Of a DNA stretch of 64,000 bases, positions 39,264 through 49,057 are shown one piece after another. The stretch is taken from IMG/VR virus record IMGVR_UViG_3300009506_000016, positions 13,566 to 77,565 of that record; one strand, 5' to 3'. Source of the DNA: a virus. A program made the translations under genes and the position numbers. The number at the start of each line of letters is the position of its first letter. The stretch's first letter is position 1. The notes under the pieces are model-generated. The model made no database searches and was not told the origin of the DNA. It was given only the letters and a program-made list of their open reading frames with translations.

Positions 39264-39292
39264 ATTATATGCCAATTCCTAAGCTATGTCAA
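39264..39292 (-). promoter_or_regulatory. Consensus promoter inside ATTGACATA/TATGTCAAT inverted repeat
   Basis: TTGACA-17-TATAAT. Confidence 0.85.
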
Positions 39293-39360
39293 TCGCCAAT
39301 TATCTTGTACGAGATTAAAGCAAAAGAGGGAGAAACGCATAAGCATCTCTCCCTCTTTGG

Positions 39361-39768
39361 TTAATCATTCGTTTGAGTTGGTGGATTTTCTTCACCATCG
39401 ATATGATCGCTATACAAGACGCACAGTAGTATGTCTTGTGGATCAAAGTATTCGGGCCATTTTAGTCTATCTGCAATTACAGCATTCTCATCAGGAATGA
39501 CACCGGCTATTGAGATATCGTTTCCTTCTATGTTTAGGGCAATGAGAGGAAATAGTGGTGTGTTCTCATTTGCTCCTTTTTGTTTCCGTACTTCATCGGC
39601 AATAGCTTTGATGCTAACTGCAATTGGAGCGCCACAGGATATTCTAACTGACCCCTTAAACTCTCTGCGCCATACACAACTTTCGCAGTTTGATTGATCA
39701 AAACCGTATTCGAGATATTGCTTGACGAGTTCAGAGTTCTTTGGTGCTGTTCCGTTATTTCCTGACAT
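39361..39768 (-). CDS. Cys-containing hypothetical protein
   Basis: CESC.WR...C...WP..FDP....C. Confidence 0.6.
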   Translation of the reverse strand: MSGNNGTAPKNSELVKQYLEYGFDQSNCESCVWRREFKGSVRISCGAPIAVSIKAIADEVRKQKGANENTPLFPLIALNIEGNDISIAGVIPDENAVIADRLKWPEYFDPQDILLCVLYSDHIDGEENPPTQTND

Positions 39769-40042
39769 TGTTTTTCCTTATGTATTCCATTGTGCGCCTG
39801 TGTTTTATAGTCCTTATAGCAGAACCAACAAAAGCGGCACTAAAGCTACCAACAACGGCGAATATATAAATGAACACAGGAAACAATACGGCGATGATTG
39901 TAGGAAGTAGGACAAATCCCCACGACTTCCAATCCATAAACTCAGTACCGAATATCTTTGCAGATAAGAAGATGGCCTGAACAACGAGCCACACAACAAA
40001 AACCTGACCCATGCAAGATTGTGATTTTTGGTTGTTACCCAT
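39755..40042 (-). CDS. Small membrane protein
   Basis: IFL..K..G...W.SW..VL.P pattern. Confidence 0.65.
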   Translation of the reverse strand: MGNNQKSQSCMGQVFVVWLVVQAIFLSAKIFGTEFMDWKSWGFVLLPTIIAVLFPVFIYIFAVVGSFSAAFVGSAIRTIKHRRTMEYIRKNNVRK

Positions 40043-40256
40043 CTGGTTTTATCTCCATGCTTAGTAGGCTTTCTTTTCCAGCCTCATCAGACACAACTCC
40101 GTAGAGCATGATAATCGGATCATCGTGGTATCTGGTAATGTTAAGATCGAGATCTTGATTAAGTTGAATCCACTCATTGTGCCCAACTTTAAAATCATCA
40201 AGATCAATTGTTTCAAGCGTAGATTTTGCAAGTTGAATTGCCTCTTGTGTTGTCAT
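40035..40256 (-). CDS. Hypothetical protein
   Basis: AAGGAG RBS. Confidence 0.6.
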   Translation of the reverse strand: MTTQEAIQLAKSTLETIDLDDFKVGHNEWIQLNQDLDLNITRYHDDPIIMLYGVVSDEAGKESLLSMEIKPDG

Positions 40257-40266
40257 GTTTCTCCTT

Positions 40267-40540
40267 AAAAAAAGAGATCAAGTTCTACGGTTGCTTAAGC
40301 CTATGAACTTCCTCATGAGCGTTACCTAGGGATACTCAAGATTGAAACAGTCTCTGACGGTGGCAAGAACGCATACTTATGAAATCGACCACCACCCTGT
40401 AAAGATGGGTAATCAGAATCTTTGGTAGATATAGATCAGGGTGGTTTGAGTAAAACATATACGTTCTCTATCCTGTTTCCGCCGGTCAACAAAGAAAATA
40501 TAGGGGTTCATAAAACGCCCGTTCTCGTTCGAGCGTAATA
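40267..40540 (-). ncRNA. Candidate structured ncRNA or attenuator leader
   Basis: Four nested stems with G-U pairs favouring the minus strand; ends in hairpin plus U7. Confidence 0.5.
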
Positions 40541-40546
40541 TGCAAG

Positions 40547-40774
40547 TTAGGGTTTGACGAAGCGAATTCGGTTATCGTTCATAGCCATTCCGAGACAGGC
40601 CAGCAACTCAAGGGTTGCGTCAAGGCCAAAGCGTATATTCGGATGCTTTGCCTTGATGTTATCTCGTAACTGTCCGGCGATGCGCATTATGTTTTCTTGT
40701 TCTTCTTCGCTTAGGTCGCCGAACGCTTTGCGAATAACCTCAGTCATTTCGTCAGAGGACAATGTGTTTACCAT
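40547..40774 (-). CDS. Hypothetical protein, probably leaderless
   Basis: ATG 8 nt after a -10 box, no SD. Confidence 0.6.
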   Translation of the reverse strand: MVNTLSSDEMTEVIRKAFGDLSEEEQENIMRIAGQLRDNIKAKHPNIRFGLDATLELLACLGMAMNDNRIRFVKP

Positions 40775-40782
40775 GTTGATTC

Positions 40783-40810
40783 ATTATAGCATGATAAACA
40801 CATTTGTCAA
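40783..40810 (-). promoter_or_regulatory. Sigma70-type promoter
   Basis: TTGACA-16-TATAAT with TG extension. Confidence 0.75.
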
Positions 40811-40874
40811 CAATGAGTTTTCTTATTTATACACTTTCGGTTTGTTACTTATTGAGTTGATCATTTCAGTCTCT

Positions 40875-41813
40875 TTATTCAGATTGTAGCTCTAGTTTGT
40901 TCACAAACTCTTTTGCCAGTTTGCGCACTTTTAAAAAGTCGCGTGACCTACGCCATTCATAAGCAAGATCATCGCAACCAACACACGAGTCGCTTTTAGA
41001 TCTTACATTGAAGAAAAACCACTTGTTAAGCAGTAATAATACAAGTGGATTATCGTTGATAGATCCAAACGGAAGATTGCTTCCAAAACAACATCCATCC
41101 GATGACTTTCCATTTGGAAGAATTGAAATAGTGTTCCGATAATAGCAAGCATTTCGAAGTCCAGCATCTCTAACACCGATTCCGTTCTTAAAAGCGCGGC
41201 CAACGTTATTTGTTCCTCTATCTTCCCAACTTTTCTCTACATAAAAACGATTTTCTTTCACAGCATCTCTAAGGTTGTATGGTTCCTCATCATACTCGCT
41301 GTATATTCCTGCATCGTAGAGGCCAAATCCTTCTTCTCCGAAGTAATCATCAAACATAAATTCAACTTTGTTCTTTCTGAATTCAGAATGATAATTATCG
41401 TTTGATACTCTTATTGACAAAGCCTCATCACCAAAGTGGTAGCCAATAATGTCAAGAAACTTTCGCAACGCTTTGGGTTTTTCAAGCCACCATCCATTTG
41501 TTGTCATCTCTATTTTATATTCATCAGAGTATCCCATTATAAAATCAAATGCACGCTCAAATTTATACAATGGCAATGTTGGCTCGCCGCCAATCAGGTT
41601 TATTTCCGGCCTGAGATTATATAATTCAAGTATCCTACACCATCCAATCACCTTTCGCATGATCTCCATGCTCATATACTTACCGGATTTGTGCGGACCA
41701 CAAAAATACATACAGTGATCACACTGGAAATTACATTTTTCTGTAAGTAACAGAGATAAAGTAACTTCATTATCTATAGCTTCTTCGTAAATAGCACTAA
41801 ATGTTGTACTCAT
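40875..41813 (-). CDS. Radical SAM protein with Cys-rich C-terminus
   Basis: CNFQCDHC, IGGEPT, MTTNG; SPASM/twitch-like C...CC....FG...C..C. Confidence 0.85.
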   Translation of the reverse strand: MSTTFSAIYEEAIDNEVTLSLLLTEKCNFQCDHCMYFCGPHKSGKYMSMEIMRKVIGWCRILELYNLRPEINLIGGEPTLPLYKFERAFDFIMGYSDEYKIEMTTNGWWLEKPKALRKFLDIIGYHFGDEALSIRVSNDNYHSEFRKNKVEFMFDDYFGEEGFGLYDAGIYSEYDEEPYNLRDAVKENRFYVEKSWEDRGTNNVGRAFKNGIGVRDAGLRNACYYRNTISILPNGKSSDGCCFGSNLPFGSINDNPLVLLLLNKWFFFNVRSKSDSCVGCDDLAYEWRRSRDFLKVRKLAKEFVNKLELQSE

Positions 41814-41831
41814 GATATGCCTCCTTATTAA

Positions 41832-41869
41832 AATGAAAAACGGCACATGAAAGTGTGCCGTTTTTCATT
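41832..41869. terminator. Intrinsic terminator-like 16-bp hairpin
   Basis: AATGAAAAACGGCACA/TGTGCCGTTTTTCATT. Confidence 0.7.
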
Positions 41870-41872
41870 ATG

Positions 41873-42202
41873 CTATCCTAAAGCCAATAGTTTTTTATGA
41901 GTATCAGGGTTGTTTTCATCTTCTTCGAAGTCGATTACTGACCTGAATATCATTTTTCCGAGCGTAGATACGGAGAAAAGGCTTTCTTCGGTTGTGTAAA
42001 CCCAAAGTTTTGGACTTACAATAACAAGTTTTTCGGGTTTGCAATGTCTTAGAGCGGTTTCTTTTGCATCTTTTAGACTGATTGCTATAACCGTTATATG
42101 TCGATACTGGTTTACAATAAATGTTCCGTTATGATATACAGATGTCTTTATGGAAAACTTGTAACCAATGTAAGGATCAATGTAATTAATGTAATTGTCC
42201 AT
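41873..42202 (-). CDS. Hypothetical protein
   Basis: GAGGA RBS before MDNY. Confidence 0.55.
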   Translation of the reverse strand: MDNYINYIDPYIGYKFSIKTSVYHNGTFIVNQYRHITVIAISLKDAKETALRHCKPEKLVIVSPKLWVYTTEESLFSVSTLGKMIFRSVIDFEEDENNPDTHKKLLALG

Positions 42203-42203
42203 A

Positions 42204-42383
42204 TCAGTCCTCATCGGCCCACAAGATAAGCCACCAACAAAGCTGTTGGCTCGCCATTCCAATAAGCACATTAACTATTCGTGGAACGCTTGGAAAGAAA
42301 TACAGTCTTAAGCACACAATCACGATAGAAAGTGGCAAAGACAAAAACATAGAGATTACAAATTGCTTAATCCACTTCTTCAC
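42204..42383 (-). CDS. Small membrane protein
   Basis: AAGGAG RBS plus GTG; two hydrophobic segments. Confidence 0.5.
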   Translation of the reverse strand: MKKWIKQFVISMFLSLPLSIVIVCLRLYFFPSVPRIVNVLIGMASQQLCWWLILWADED

Positions 42384-42393
42384 AGTATTCTCC

Positions 42394-45108
42394 TTAGTTA
42401 AATGTGAACCCAAGTTCCTCAACAAATGGCGACCAGGGACATTCTTGGTTGAGCCACTCTGCCGATTCTACAAGGATCAGCTTGTGCATTGCTCTGGTAG
42501 CACCAACATAGGCAAGATTTCTTTCATCTTCGATGCTGTTTGGGATACCGGTTGGTAATTGACCCTTCTTTCGTTTCGGTGGGACAATCGGAAGTCTTGT
42601 CATATTAAGAATGACGTTTGGCTTTTCTAGTCCCTTATATTTATGGATCGTTGATACCTCAACGACCTCATCTGAATTCTCCGATACTTGAGCAAGACTA
42701 TCAAGATCGGTGAGGAACTGCTCTACAGTCATGGTTGTTTTGATAATCTGGCGCAACACATCGAAATCTTCTGCTTTTGATTCTTCACCAGGATCATCAG
42801 CGTCCGAGTATCCCTCCTCATGAGCAAGCCAGGGCATAACCGATTCGGATAGAATGACGTTCATACAAGCCAGCGCGTCTTGACTGAATTGGCTAATGCG
42901 ATTCACGAAATAAACAAGGTCGCCAGCACCTTTGGATGCAAGAGTTGGATGATGACCTTTATTAGTTTCAAACTGTTGTGCCTCAATTCCTCTCCATGAT
43001 CCAGCGGCGGCTACGCTTTGAGCGCCATAATAGCGCACCGTACTCATGTCCACGTTCTCGCGGACCACTACCGGACACCCGCAATCAACCCAAGGCTTCG
43101 TATTGGAGCATCCTTCAATATGTCGGCGGCGAGTCATAGGCGCTACAAAGTGGTCACTGGCAACATTCGCCACTTCTCTCAGAATATCAAGATCATCGCG
43201 TGCGCCCTGATAATTGATTGCCAGCCGCATGTAAGCCAGCACCTTGCGAATGTGAGATGCGCCAAACAACAATCCGCCATTCAAGTTTATAGCCGGTATC
43301 CCTTGCTTTATAAGCTCTGTATGGATAGCGGCACACTCAGCGCGTGTTCTGCTGAGTATAGCCCAATCGCCAAACTCCTTACTTTCAAGTAGCTTCTCGG
43401 CCACAAAGAGATTAAGTTCATCGAAAGTATCGAAAGACACATAATCGATTGGCTGTCCTCTCTCAGATCCTGGGCGCGGTAGCGCATCCTCAACCTTGAT
43501 TTCTCCGGTATAGTTATGGCGAATGAGTTTATTGGTTGCATCGATGATCACTTGATCTGAACGGTAATTGATAGGCATCCCGAAAGTTTTTGTATCTTTC
43601 CAGTGTTTCTGAAACTCAACTTCCATAATTTCAGGTTTCGCGCCTTTGAACCTATAGATGCTCTGCCGAGTATCACCGATTGCAGTGATGTTCTTCTTTT
43701 TCTCAATGATTGAGAATAAGATTTCAGCCTGAATGAAATCGGTATCTTGAAACTCGTCAACCACAACGAAATCAAACTTTGACATCAGGTTATCGAGAAA
43801 TGAGCGATCAGTCCGAATTCGTTTTAGCAACTCGGTCTGCATCATTGTAAAGCTAACAAGGTTATGGGCCTTACAGTATTGAAGATAGCGAAAGTAGATA
43901 TCCGAAAGCCACTGTGGGGCATCGTAAGGAACATCGCTGTACCTCGCTAACCTGCTTTCGAACCACACTTTAGAGTTCCTGGTATCGACCATGTTTTCTA
44001 CCGCAAGGTCAATCCACCATTGGATATTCTTCGGACTTTCTTGCCATCCAAATTCATCAAGCGAATCATTGATAATCTGCTTGACTTGGAACCAATGAGG
44101 CGATGTGTTACTAAGCACATTCACTTTTACGCCACTGGCCTTGAGTAGTCTGAGGCTCATAGCATGAATAGTGCATACCCAATCCACGAGAAACATGCGA
44201 ATAGGGTCTGCCTCAACCCAATCGCGGTTAAGTTGTACTTCGGCAAATGGATCATCCTCTTGTTGTGTTCCGGCGTTTGGATCTGCAAAGAAAGCAAGTT
44301 CAGCATCCGTTATATCTGCCCATAAAGCCTTGGCAATACGAATGCGCATCTCTGCGGCGGCCTTGCGTGTGAACGTAACGGCGAGAATACGGGATGGATC
44401 AATACCATTAAGAATCATATTGATTATCATGTCAACCATCGTGGTAGTCTTTCCGCTCCCGGCTGACGCGGTAACTTTACTTGCACCGTATCCCAGGTTG
44501 TTTACGACTGCAAGTTGTTTGTCATTAAGGCGATTGAAATCTGGTGGCCTTACTTTGCTTCGATCAACAGGAACAAGAACAGGCGGAAGTGAACTAGACA
44601 CTTTCGATTCTATCTTTCCATGTTTCTCTTGGTATTCTCCGATTGCCATCTTTGCAGACGGATTGATAACTTTCCATCCATTATCATGAGAATATTTGCG
44701 GCACGATGCAAACAGCTTTCCAACGTGTTTGCTCTTTGGATTCTGTACAATGTTCACTCTGAGAAGTTTTCCACAAGTTGCGCACAGGTCCAATTGATCA
44801 AGAATGCCAACCATGTTTTCGATCTTCTCGTACATTCGTGCTTTCCATCCTGGAGTACGAGTGACATAGTTGAGAAGTTTGGCCTTTTCACTGATCACAA
44901 AATCGCCATTGAGATCCATCAAAAGAATTCGAATGGAGTTCTCACCAGTGGAATCTGCTATTCCACTTGGGCCGATGCTGGAACGGATAATGAGCTTTGC
45001 ATTTGTTAATGGTACTTCAAACACATGCTCTCCGCCCACGATTCCAACATCGATTGAGTCATCAGGCAACGCCTGTTTAAACTCGTCAAGTGTAAATCGT
45101 TCAATCAT
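42394..45108 (-). CDS. UvrD/PcrA-family SF1 helicase with N-terminal Zn (GRF-like) region
   Basis: LNDKQ, ASAGSGKT, VTFTRKAA, TIHA, VDEFQD, GD.RQSIYRF, NYRS, TIHKYKGLE, YVGATRA; AGGAGG RBS at MIERF. Confidence 0.92.
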   Translation of the reverse strand: MIERFTLDEFKQALPDDSIDVGIVGGEHVFEVPLTNAKLIIRSSIGPSGIADSTGENSIRILLMDLNGDFVISEKAKLLNYVTRTPGWKARMYEKIENMVGILDQLDLCATCGKLLRVNIVQNPKSKHVGKLFASCRKYSHDNGWKVINPSAKMAIGEYQEKHGKIESKVSSSLPPVLVPVDRSKVRPPDFNRLNDKQLAVVNNLGYGASKVTASAGSGKTTTMVDMIINMILNGIDPSRILAVTFTRKAAAEMRIRIAKALWADITDAELAFFADPNAGTQQEDDPFAEVQLNRDWVEADPIRMFLVDWVCTIHAMSLRLLKASGVKVNVLSNTSPHWFQVKQIINDSLDEFGWQESPKNIQWWIDLAVENMVDTRNSKVWFESRLARYSDVPYDAPQWLSDIYFRYLQYCKAHNLVSFTMMQTELLKRIRTDRSFLDNLMSKFDFVVVDEFQDTDFIQAEILFSIIEKKKNITAIGDTRQSIYRFKGAKPEIMEVEFQKHWKDTKTFGMPINYRSDQVIIDATNKLIRHNYTGEIKVEDALPRPGSERGQPIDYVSFDTFDELNLFVAEKLLESKEFGDWAILSRTRAECAAIHTELIKQGIPAINLNGGLLFGASHIRKVLAYMRLAINYQGARDDLDILREVANVASDHFVAPMTRRRHIEGCSNTKPWVDCGCPVVVRENVDMSTVRYYGAQSVAAAGSWRGIEAQQFETNKGHHPTLASKGAGDLVYFVNRISQFSQDALACMNVILSESVMPWLAHEEGYSDADDPGEESKAEDFDVLRQIIKTTMTVEQFLTDLDSLAQVSENSDEVVEVSTIHKYKGLEKPNVILNMTRLPIVPPKRKKGQLPTGIPNSIEDERNLAYVGATRAMHKLILVESAEWLNQECPWSPFVEELGFTFN

Positions 45109-45109
45109 C

Positions 45110-45652
45110 TTATTCCTCCTTTTTAAGATATTCTTCTGGAATAGTGGTAGAATCATCAAGCCAACCGTGCAAAGTATCATCGTCAACAAACGCAACTGGT
45201 TTAACATACTTGGCAAACAACATGTGACCATCACGCACACTTGTACCTACCGGAGAAAGCATAGAACTTTTATCTGGAATAGCTTCCTTTCCATATAAAT
45301 ACCATAATCCATCAGGTATTTCTCCGCTCGTCCAGAATATAGCCAAGTGTGAGTTGTCAAATCCGTAGGCTGGTGAGATAATATACTCAACGTCCTTTTT
45401 ATAGGGTTCATACTCGCACAATAGGGCGTGCCGGGTGTTGAAGTATGCGGAGAAGAACAGCGCATCGTATATTCCACGCCCTATAAGTGGATAGCAGAAC
45501 ACCGGCCCAAACTTTGGGGTTGTCTTTCTGCCGATTGCGTATTTCAACTGTGCTTTGCTCGCAAGCATAGAGCGGTAATAGTATCCCTGAGATAAGGGAA
45601 CTTTTGTTACCACCTTAATACAATACTTAACTTGCCTCTTTTTTCGTGGCAT
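45110..45652 (-). CDS. Hypothetical protein
   Basis: AAGGAG RBS. Confidence 0.65.
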   Translation of the reverse strand: MPRKKRQVKYCIKVVTKVPLSQGYYYRSMLASKAQLKYAIGRKTTPKFGPVFCYPLIGRGIYDALFFSAYFNTRHALLCEYEPYKKDVEYIISPAYGFDNSHLAIFWTSGEIPDGLWYLYGKEAIPDKSSMLSPVGTSVRDGHMLFAKYVKPVAFVDDDTLHGWLDDSTTIPEEYLKKEE

Positions 45653-45697
45653 GTTTCAAACTCCTTTCGGTTTTCTGTGTAACTAATATATGGTTAT

Positions 45698-45726
45698 ATT
45701 GTACAATGAAGTTGTGTACTTGTCAA
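45698..45726 (-). promoter_or_regulatory. Sigma70-type promoter, divergent from endolysin
   Basis: TTGACA-17-TACAAT. Confidence 0.75.
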
Positions 45727-45778
45727 CTATACTGAGAAAACTCGATTGGTGATATAATCAATAAGCGGGAGATGCTTT

Positions 45779-47623
45779 ATGACAAATTTCAACGACCAAG
45801 TAACTGGTATAGACACAAGCGAATGGCAGGATAACTCGTCCACGCCGCAAGAGATCGACTGGACAAAGCCACGCACCAACAACATCAAGTTTGTAATCAA
45901 TCGAGCGTCCTTTGGCACTTATGAGGACAGCATCTATGCTCATAGCATAAATAAACAACGTGAGCTTGGATACCTTACAAGTGCATACGGTTTTTATAAT
46001 AACCTTGCGGGAGCACCAACGATTGAAAATCAAGCAAAAAAGTTTGCCAGCATTGTTAAGTCCGCTGGTGGAGTAACGCTACCGGCAGTATTCATGGACT
46101 ATGAGCGTGCAAACTCTAATTATCCTGAGTTACCAAAACGGGATGGTAGCCTTGATATCATCAAAAGATTCACGACCACCGTTGAGGACATACTTGGTAT
46201 TGAATGCGGTTTATATACAAGCGCATCACATATTCGCTATAATATAATGGCAACCGACTATGGTACTTATGGGGATATCCCTACGTGGCTTGCGGTTAAG
46301 CCGCTGTGGGTAGCCGCATGGGTGAAAACTTTGCTTGGAGAAGATCCGATTGATGCTGTTATCAGAACCGGATTTATTCCAAACTTATACAATCAATGGA
46401 ACAACAAGTACACGATCTGGCAGTTTTCAGAAAAGGGAGATGGAATTCTTAATGGCATGGAAAGCTATGGACTTGATATGAACAAGTACAACGGTACTTA
46501 CGCCGATATGCTCTCTTGGGCCAAACATGAAGTTCCAACACCTGAGCCGCCAGTTGAAATTCCTGATAATGGAGATGTAAATATGTGGGAAGATAACGTA
46601 ATGATTGCCGCTTTCAATAAGGTGGGCAATTACAATGAGCCTACTACGGTAGACTTCAATGCAATTAAGGCAATGGGGTTTAGTGCCGTATTGCTCAGGG
46701 CCGGAAGCTCTACAGATCAGCTTAATTATGATGATCCGAGCGCAAACTTCGCAGATGATATACGCTACGGCACATTCTTATCGGCGGCAAAGGCCGCTGG
46801 ACTTATGATCCTGGTGGATTATGACTTCAACGCTATGCTCGACAGCGTGAATGCGTATGACGGATCACGCACCTTACAGCACTTAAACTTTGTGTTAAGT
46901 GGTGGAAAGGTTCCTAATCTTGGAGGTGGTTTACTACTTAACTGTGAGCGCAATACATGGTACGAGAGTGGTAACATGAAAACATGCGTTTCGAGCATGT
47001 ACGGAAAAGATCTTAAGAACGTGTTCAATGCAATATGGGATAAGTACACGCTTGTTCCAGGAGTGAGAACAGGTCGATGGTTCTTGGATAAACAGGACAC
47101 GAGTGGAGTTGCCATTAAGTCTCAAATTCCCTGGCTCGACATGGGAAATTTGAGCGTTCCGATATTCTTCGCAAAGCTGGAAAAGACTGTTGGATCTTAC
47201 ATAACCGGTGACGTGCATGATCTTATTGCTGACGTTCCTGATCCTGCCACCACGTACTTGACAATCAACAACGTTCAAGAAAACGAGCAAGCATATTATC
47301 TATACTTTGGTAATCAGACCAAATGGATGGGATGGGAGCTTGCATGGGTGAAAAACTCAGCAGTCAAAGACAAGTACAACAATGATGCCATGTTCCGCGC
47401 TATTCTTTGGGATGGTAACGAAGCAGAATTCCGCTCGTACTTCAACATTTCCGCAGACGACTCGAATGATGGTAATGATGGAGATAATGGTGACAGCGAA
47501 ATTCCATCCGCTGATCTTGTTGCATTACAAACACAGGTGAACGAGCTTGAAGCGATTGTCGCTGATCTTTCAAACAAGATGAATGCTATCGTGGAATGCG
47601 GGATCACTATCTCGAAGATGTAA
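45779..47623 (+). CDS. GH25 muramidase (endolysin) with second GH25-like barrel and coiled-coil tail
   Basis: GIDTSEWQ, FVINRAS.G, MDYE, LWVAAW, IWQFS, LDMN; second domain DF..IKA.G...V.LRAG, LNCE. Confidence 0.85.
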   Translation: MTNFNDQVTGIDTSEWQDNSSTPQEIDWTKPRTNNIKFVINRASFGTYEDSIYAHSINKQRELGYLTSAYGFYNNLAGAPTIENQAKKFASIVKSAGGVTLPAVFMDYERANSNYPELPKRDGSLDIIKRFTTTVEDILGIECGLYTSASHIRYNIMATDYGTYGDIPTWLAVKPLWVAAWVKTLLGEDPIDAVIRTGFIPNLYNQWNNKYTIWQFSEKGDGILNGMESYGLDMNKYNGTYADMLSWAKHEVPTPEPPVEIPDNGDVNMWEDNVMIAAFNKVGNYNEPTTVDFNAIKAMGFSAVLLRAGSSTDQLNYDDPSANFADDIRYGTFLSAAKAAGLMILVDYDFNAMLDSVNAYDGSRTLQHLNFVLSGGKVPNLGGGLLLNCERNTWYESGNMKTCVSSMYGKDLKNVFNAIWDKYTLVPGVRTGRWFLDKQDTSGVAIKSQIPWLDMGNLSVPIFFAKLEKTVGSYITGDVHDLIADVPDPATTYLTINNVQENEQAYYLYFGNQTKWMGWELAWVKNSAVKDKYNNDAMFRAILWDGNEAEFRSYFNISADDSNDGNDGDNGDSEIPSADLVALQTQVNELEAIVADLSNKMNAIVECGITISKM

Positions 47624-47640
47624 AACACCATATATATATA

Positions 47641-47684
47641 TTAAATGAAAATAACCCGCATGAGAGTGCGGGCTTTTCATTTAA
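47641..47684 (+). terminator. Intrinsic terminator
   Basis: TTAAATGAAAA..CCCGCA/TGCGGG.TTTTCATTTAA. Confidence 0.7.
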
Positions 47685-47696
47685 GAAATTTCAATA

Positions 47697-47725
47697 TTGA
47701 CAGAGATAGTCCTATTAATTATAAT
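47697..47725 (+). promoter_or_regulatory. Consensus promoter
   Basis: TTGACA-17-TATAAT. Confidence 0.85.
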
Positions 47726-47756
47726 TAATTAAATAGAATCTATAAGGAAAACGAAC

Positions 47757-48044
47757 ATGAGAATGATTATATTTATTATGTTAGCCATCTCGCTGTTAGT
47801 GCCAGCACAAGAGTTGGCCGACTATTGCGTTGTGCCGTATTCTCCGCAAATCGCTGAATTTGGGGCTCCGGTATATTCTTATCCCGATATGTATGCCGAG
47901 ATTGTCGGCAGAAAATTTCCCGGAGAGGAAATTCGCTTATTCGGTGAGCTTCGTGAGTGGTGGTGGGTTTATGGGGGATGGATCGAGAAAAGAAACTGTA
48001 TCCCCACCTGGAAGATATACATGCCATCAATCACAAAGAGATAG
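47757..48044 (+). CDS. Secreted SH3-like protein with C-terminal IYMPSITK motif
   Basis: Signal peptide; VYSYP.....VG...GE...WW.V.GGWI. Confidence 0.6.
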   Translation: MRMIIFIMLAISLLVPAQELADYCVVPYSPQIAEFGAPVYSYPDMYAEIVGRKFPGEEIRLFGELREWWWVYGGWIEKRNCIPTWKIYMPSITKR

Positions 48045-48047
48045 AAT

Positions 48048-48185
48048 ATGAGGAAAATAAAAATTGATTGGGAGTTAGTTGTAATTATGTTCCCCGCAAT
48101 ATTTTGGTTGACTTTACTGATTGCATTAATTATCTTGTTGTGTGTATCTGGTAAAGACATTATTTATCTTATATATTGGAGTTAG
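48048..48185 (+). CDS. Small TM peptide, 45 aa
   Basis: Fills the gap between + strand genes; hydrophobic. Confidence 0.45.
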   Translation: MRKIKIDWELVVIMFPAIFWLTLLIALIILLCVSGKDIIYLIYWS

Positions 48186-48190
48186 CGATT

Positions 48191-48967
48191 ATGAATGATT
48201 TATTTCAAGAGATTGGTTTATCTCTTGACTTCGCCGATGAATTTGACTTGCAACAGCGGCGTGACGAGCGCATGAAACTTTGCATGAAAATGGCACATAT
48301 CCGCGAGTTACCGTCCGGTGGTCGCAAGATAACTTACTGGCGCTGTAAAGATCCGCGCTGTGATAATTGCAATAACTACAAGGGTGAGCAGTACCGCAAC
48401 CGGATGCTCAGGGTTCTTGAAGAAGGCCGCACGCTGTATTGTACCTACTTATTTGGTGACGCGGCCAAGAAACTCGTCAGGAGGCTACGCAAAGATAACT
48501 ACCTGAGATTACCACAGGACAATGAGTTATCTATTATATTCTTTACAATGCCAGAAGGAAAGAAATCGCTTGCTGAGGAATACTTCAAAGAGGATGTGAT
48601 GGAACTTGATTGGACCGATGCCGTGAGATCACGCGGAAGCTCCATCATATCCGGTAATCTAGGAAAAGAAAAAGAAGAAGAACCGGATACCGGATATATT
48701 CTTGTTGAGGCAGAGGATATGGTCGCTGGCCCTATCCAAGATGTGATCCAGGCTATCGTGCGAACAAGCACAGGGGTTATCGCATGGCAAGATCCAGAGG
48801 ACGTAGAAGAAAACAACCGCTTTCGCCGCCACTATAACGCCGAGTTGCTAAAAAATCTCAAACTACAAGGATGCCGGGTATTATATACGGTTGAGCATAC
48901 CATATATGTACCGGACCTAAAGATAAACTTCTTCGAATTTGATCGAGATGAAATTCCGAAAAAATAG
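48191..48967 (+). CDS. Hypothetical protein with C..C....C..C Zn-like N-terminus
   Basis: GGAG RBS; CKDPRCDNC. Confidence 0.65.
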   Translation: MNDLFQEIGLSLDFADEFDLQQRRDERMKLCMKMAHIRELPSGGRKITYWRCKDPRCDNCNNYKGEQYRNRMLRVLEEGRTLYCTYLFGDAAKKLVRRLRKDNYLRLPQDNELSIIFFTMPEGKKSLAEEYFKEDVMELDWTDAVRSRGSSIISGNLGKEKEEEPDTGYILVEAEDMVAGPIQDVIQAIVRTSTGVIAWQDPEDVEENNRFRRHYNAELLKNLKLQGCRVLYTVEHTIYVPDLKINFFEFDRDEIPKK

Positions 48968-49017
48968 ATGCGCCGCGCATATTTAAATATATAGAAAAGT
49001 TTTGCATTTAAATAGAG

Positions 49018-49048
49018 AGAGCGGCGGATCTCCATTGTCCGCCGCTCT
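49018..49048. terminator. Hairpin between convergent genes
   Basis: AGAGCGGCGGA/TCCGCCGCTCT. Confidence 0.65.
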
Positions 49049-49057
49049 GGTATTTTC

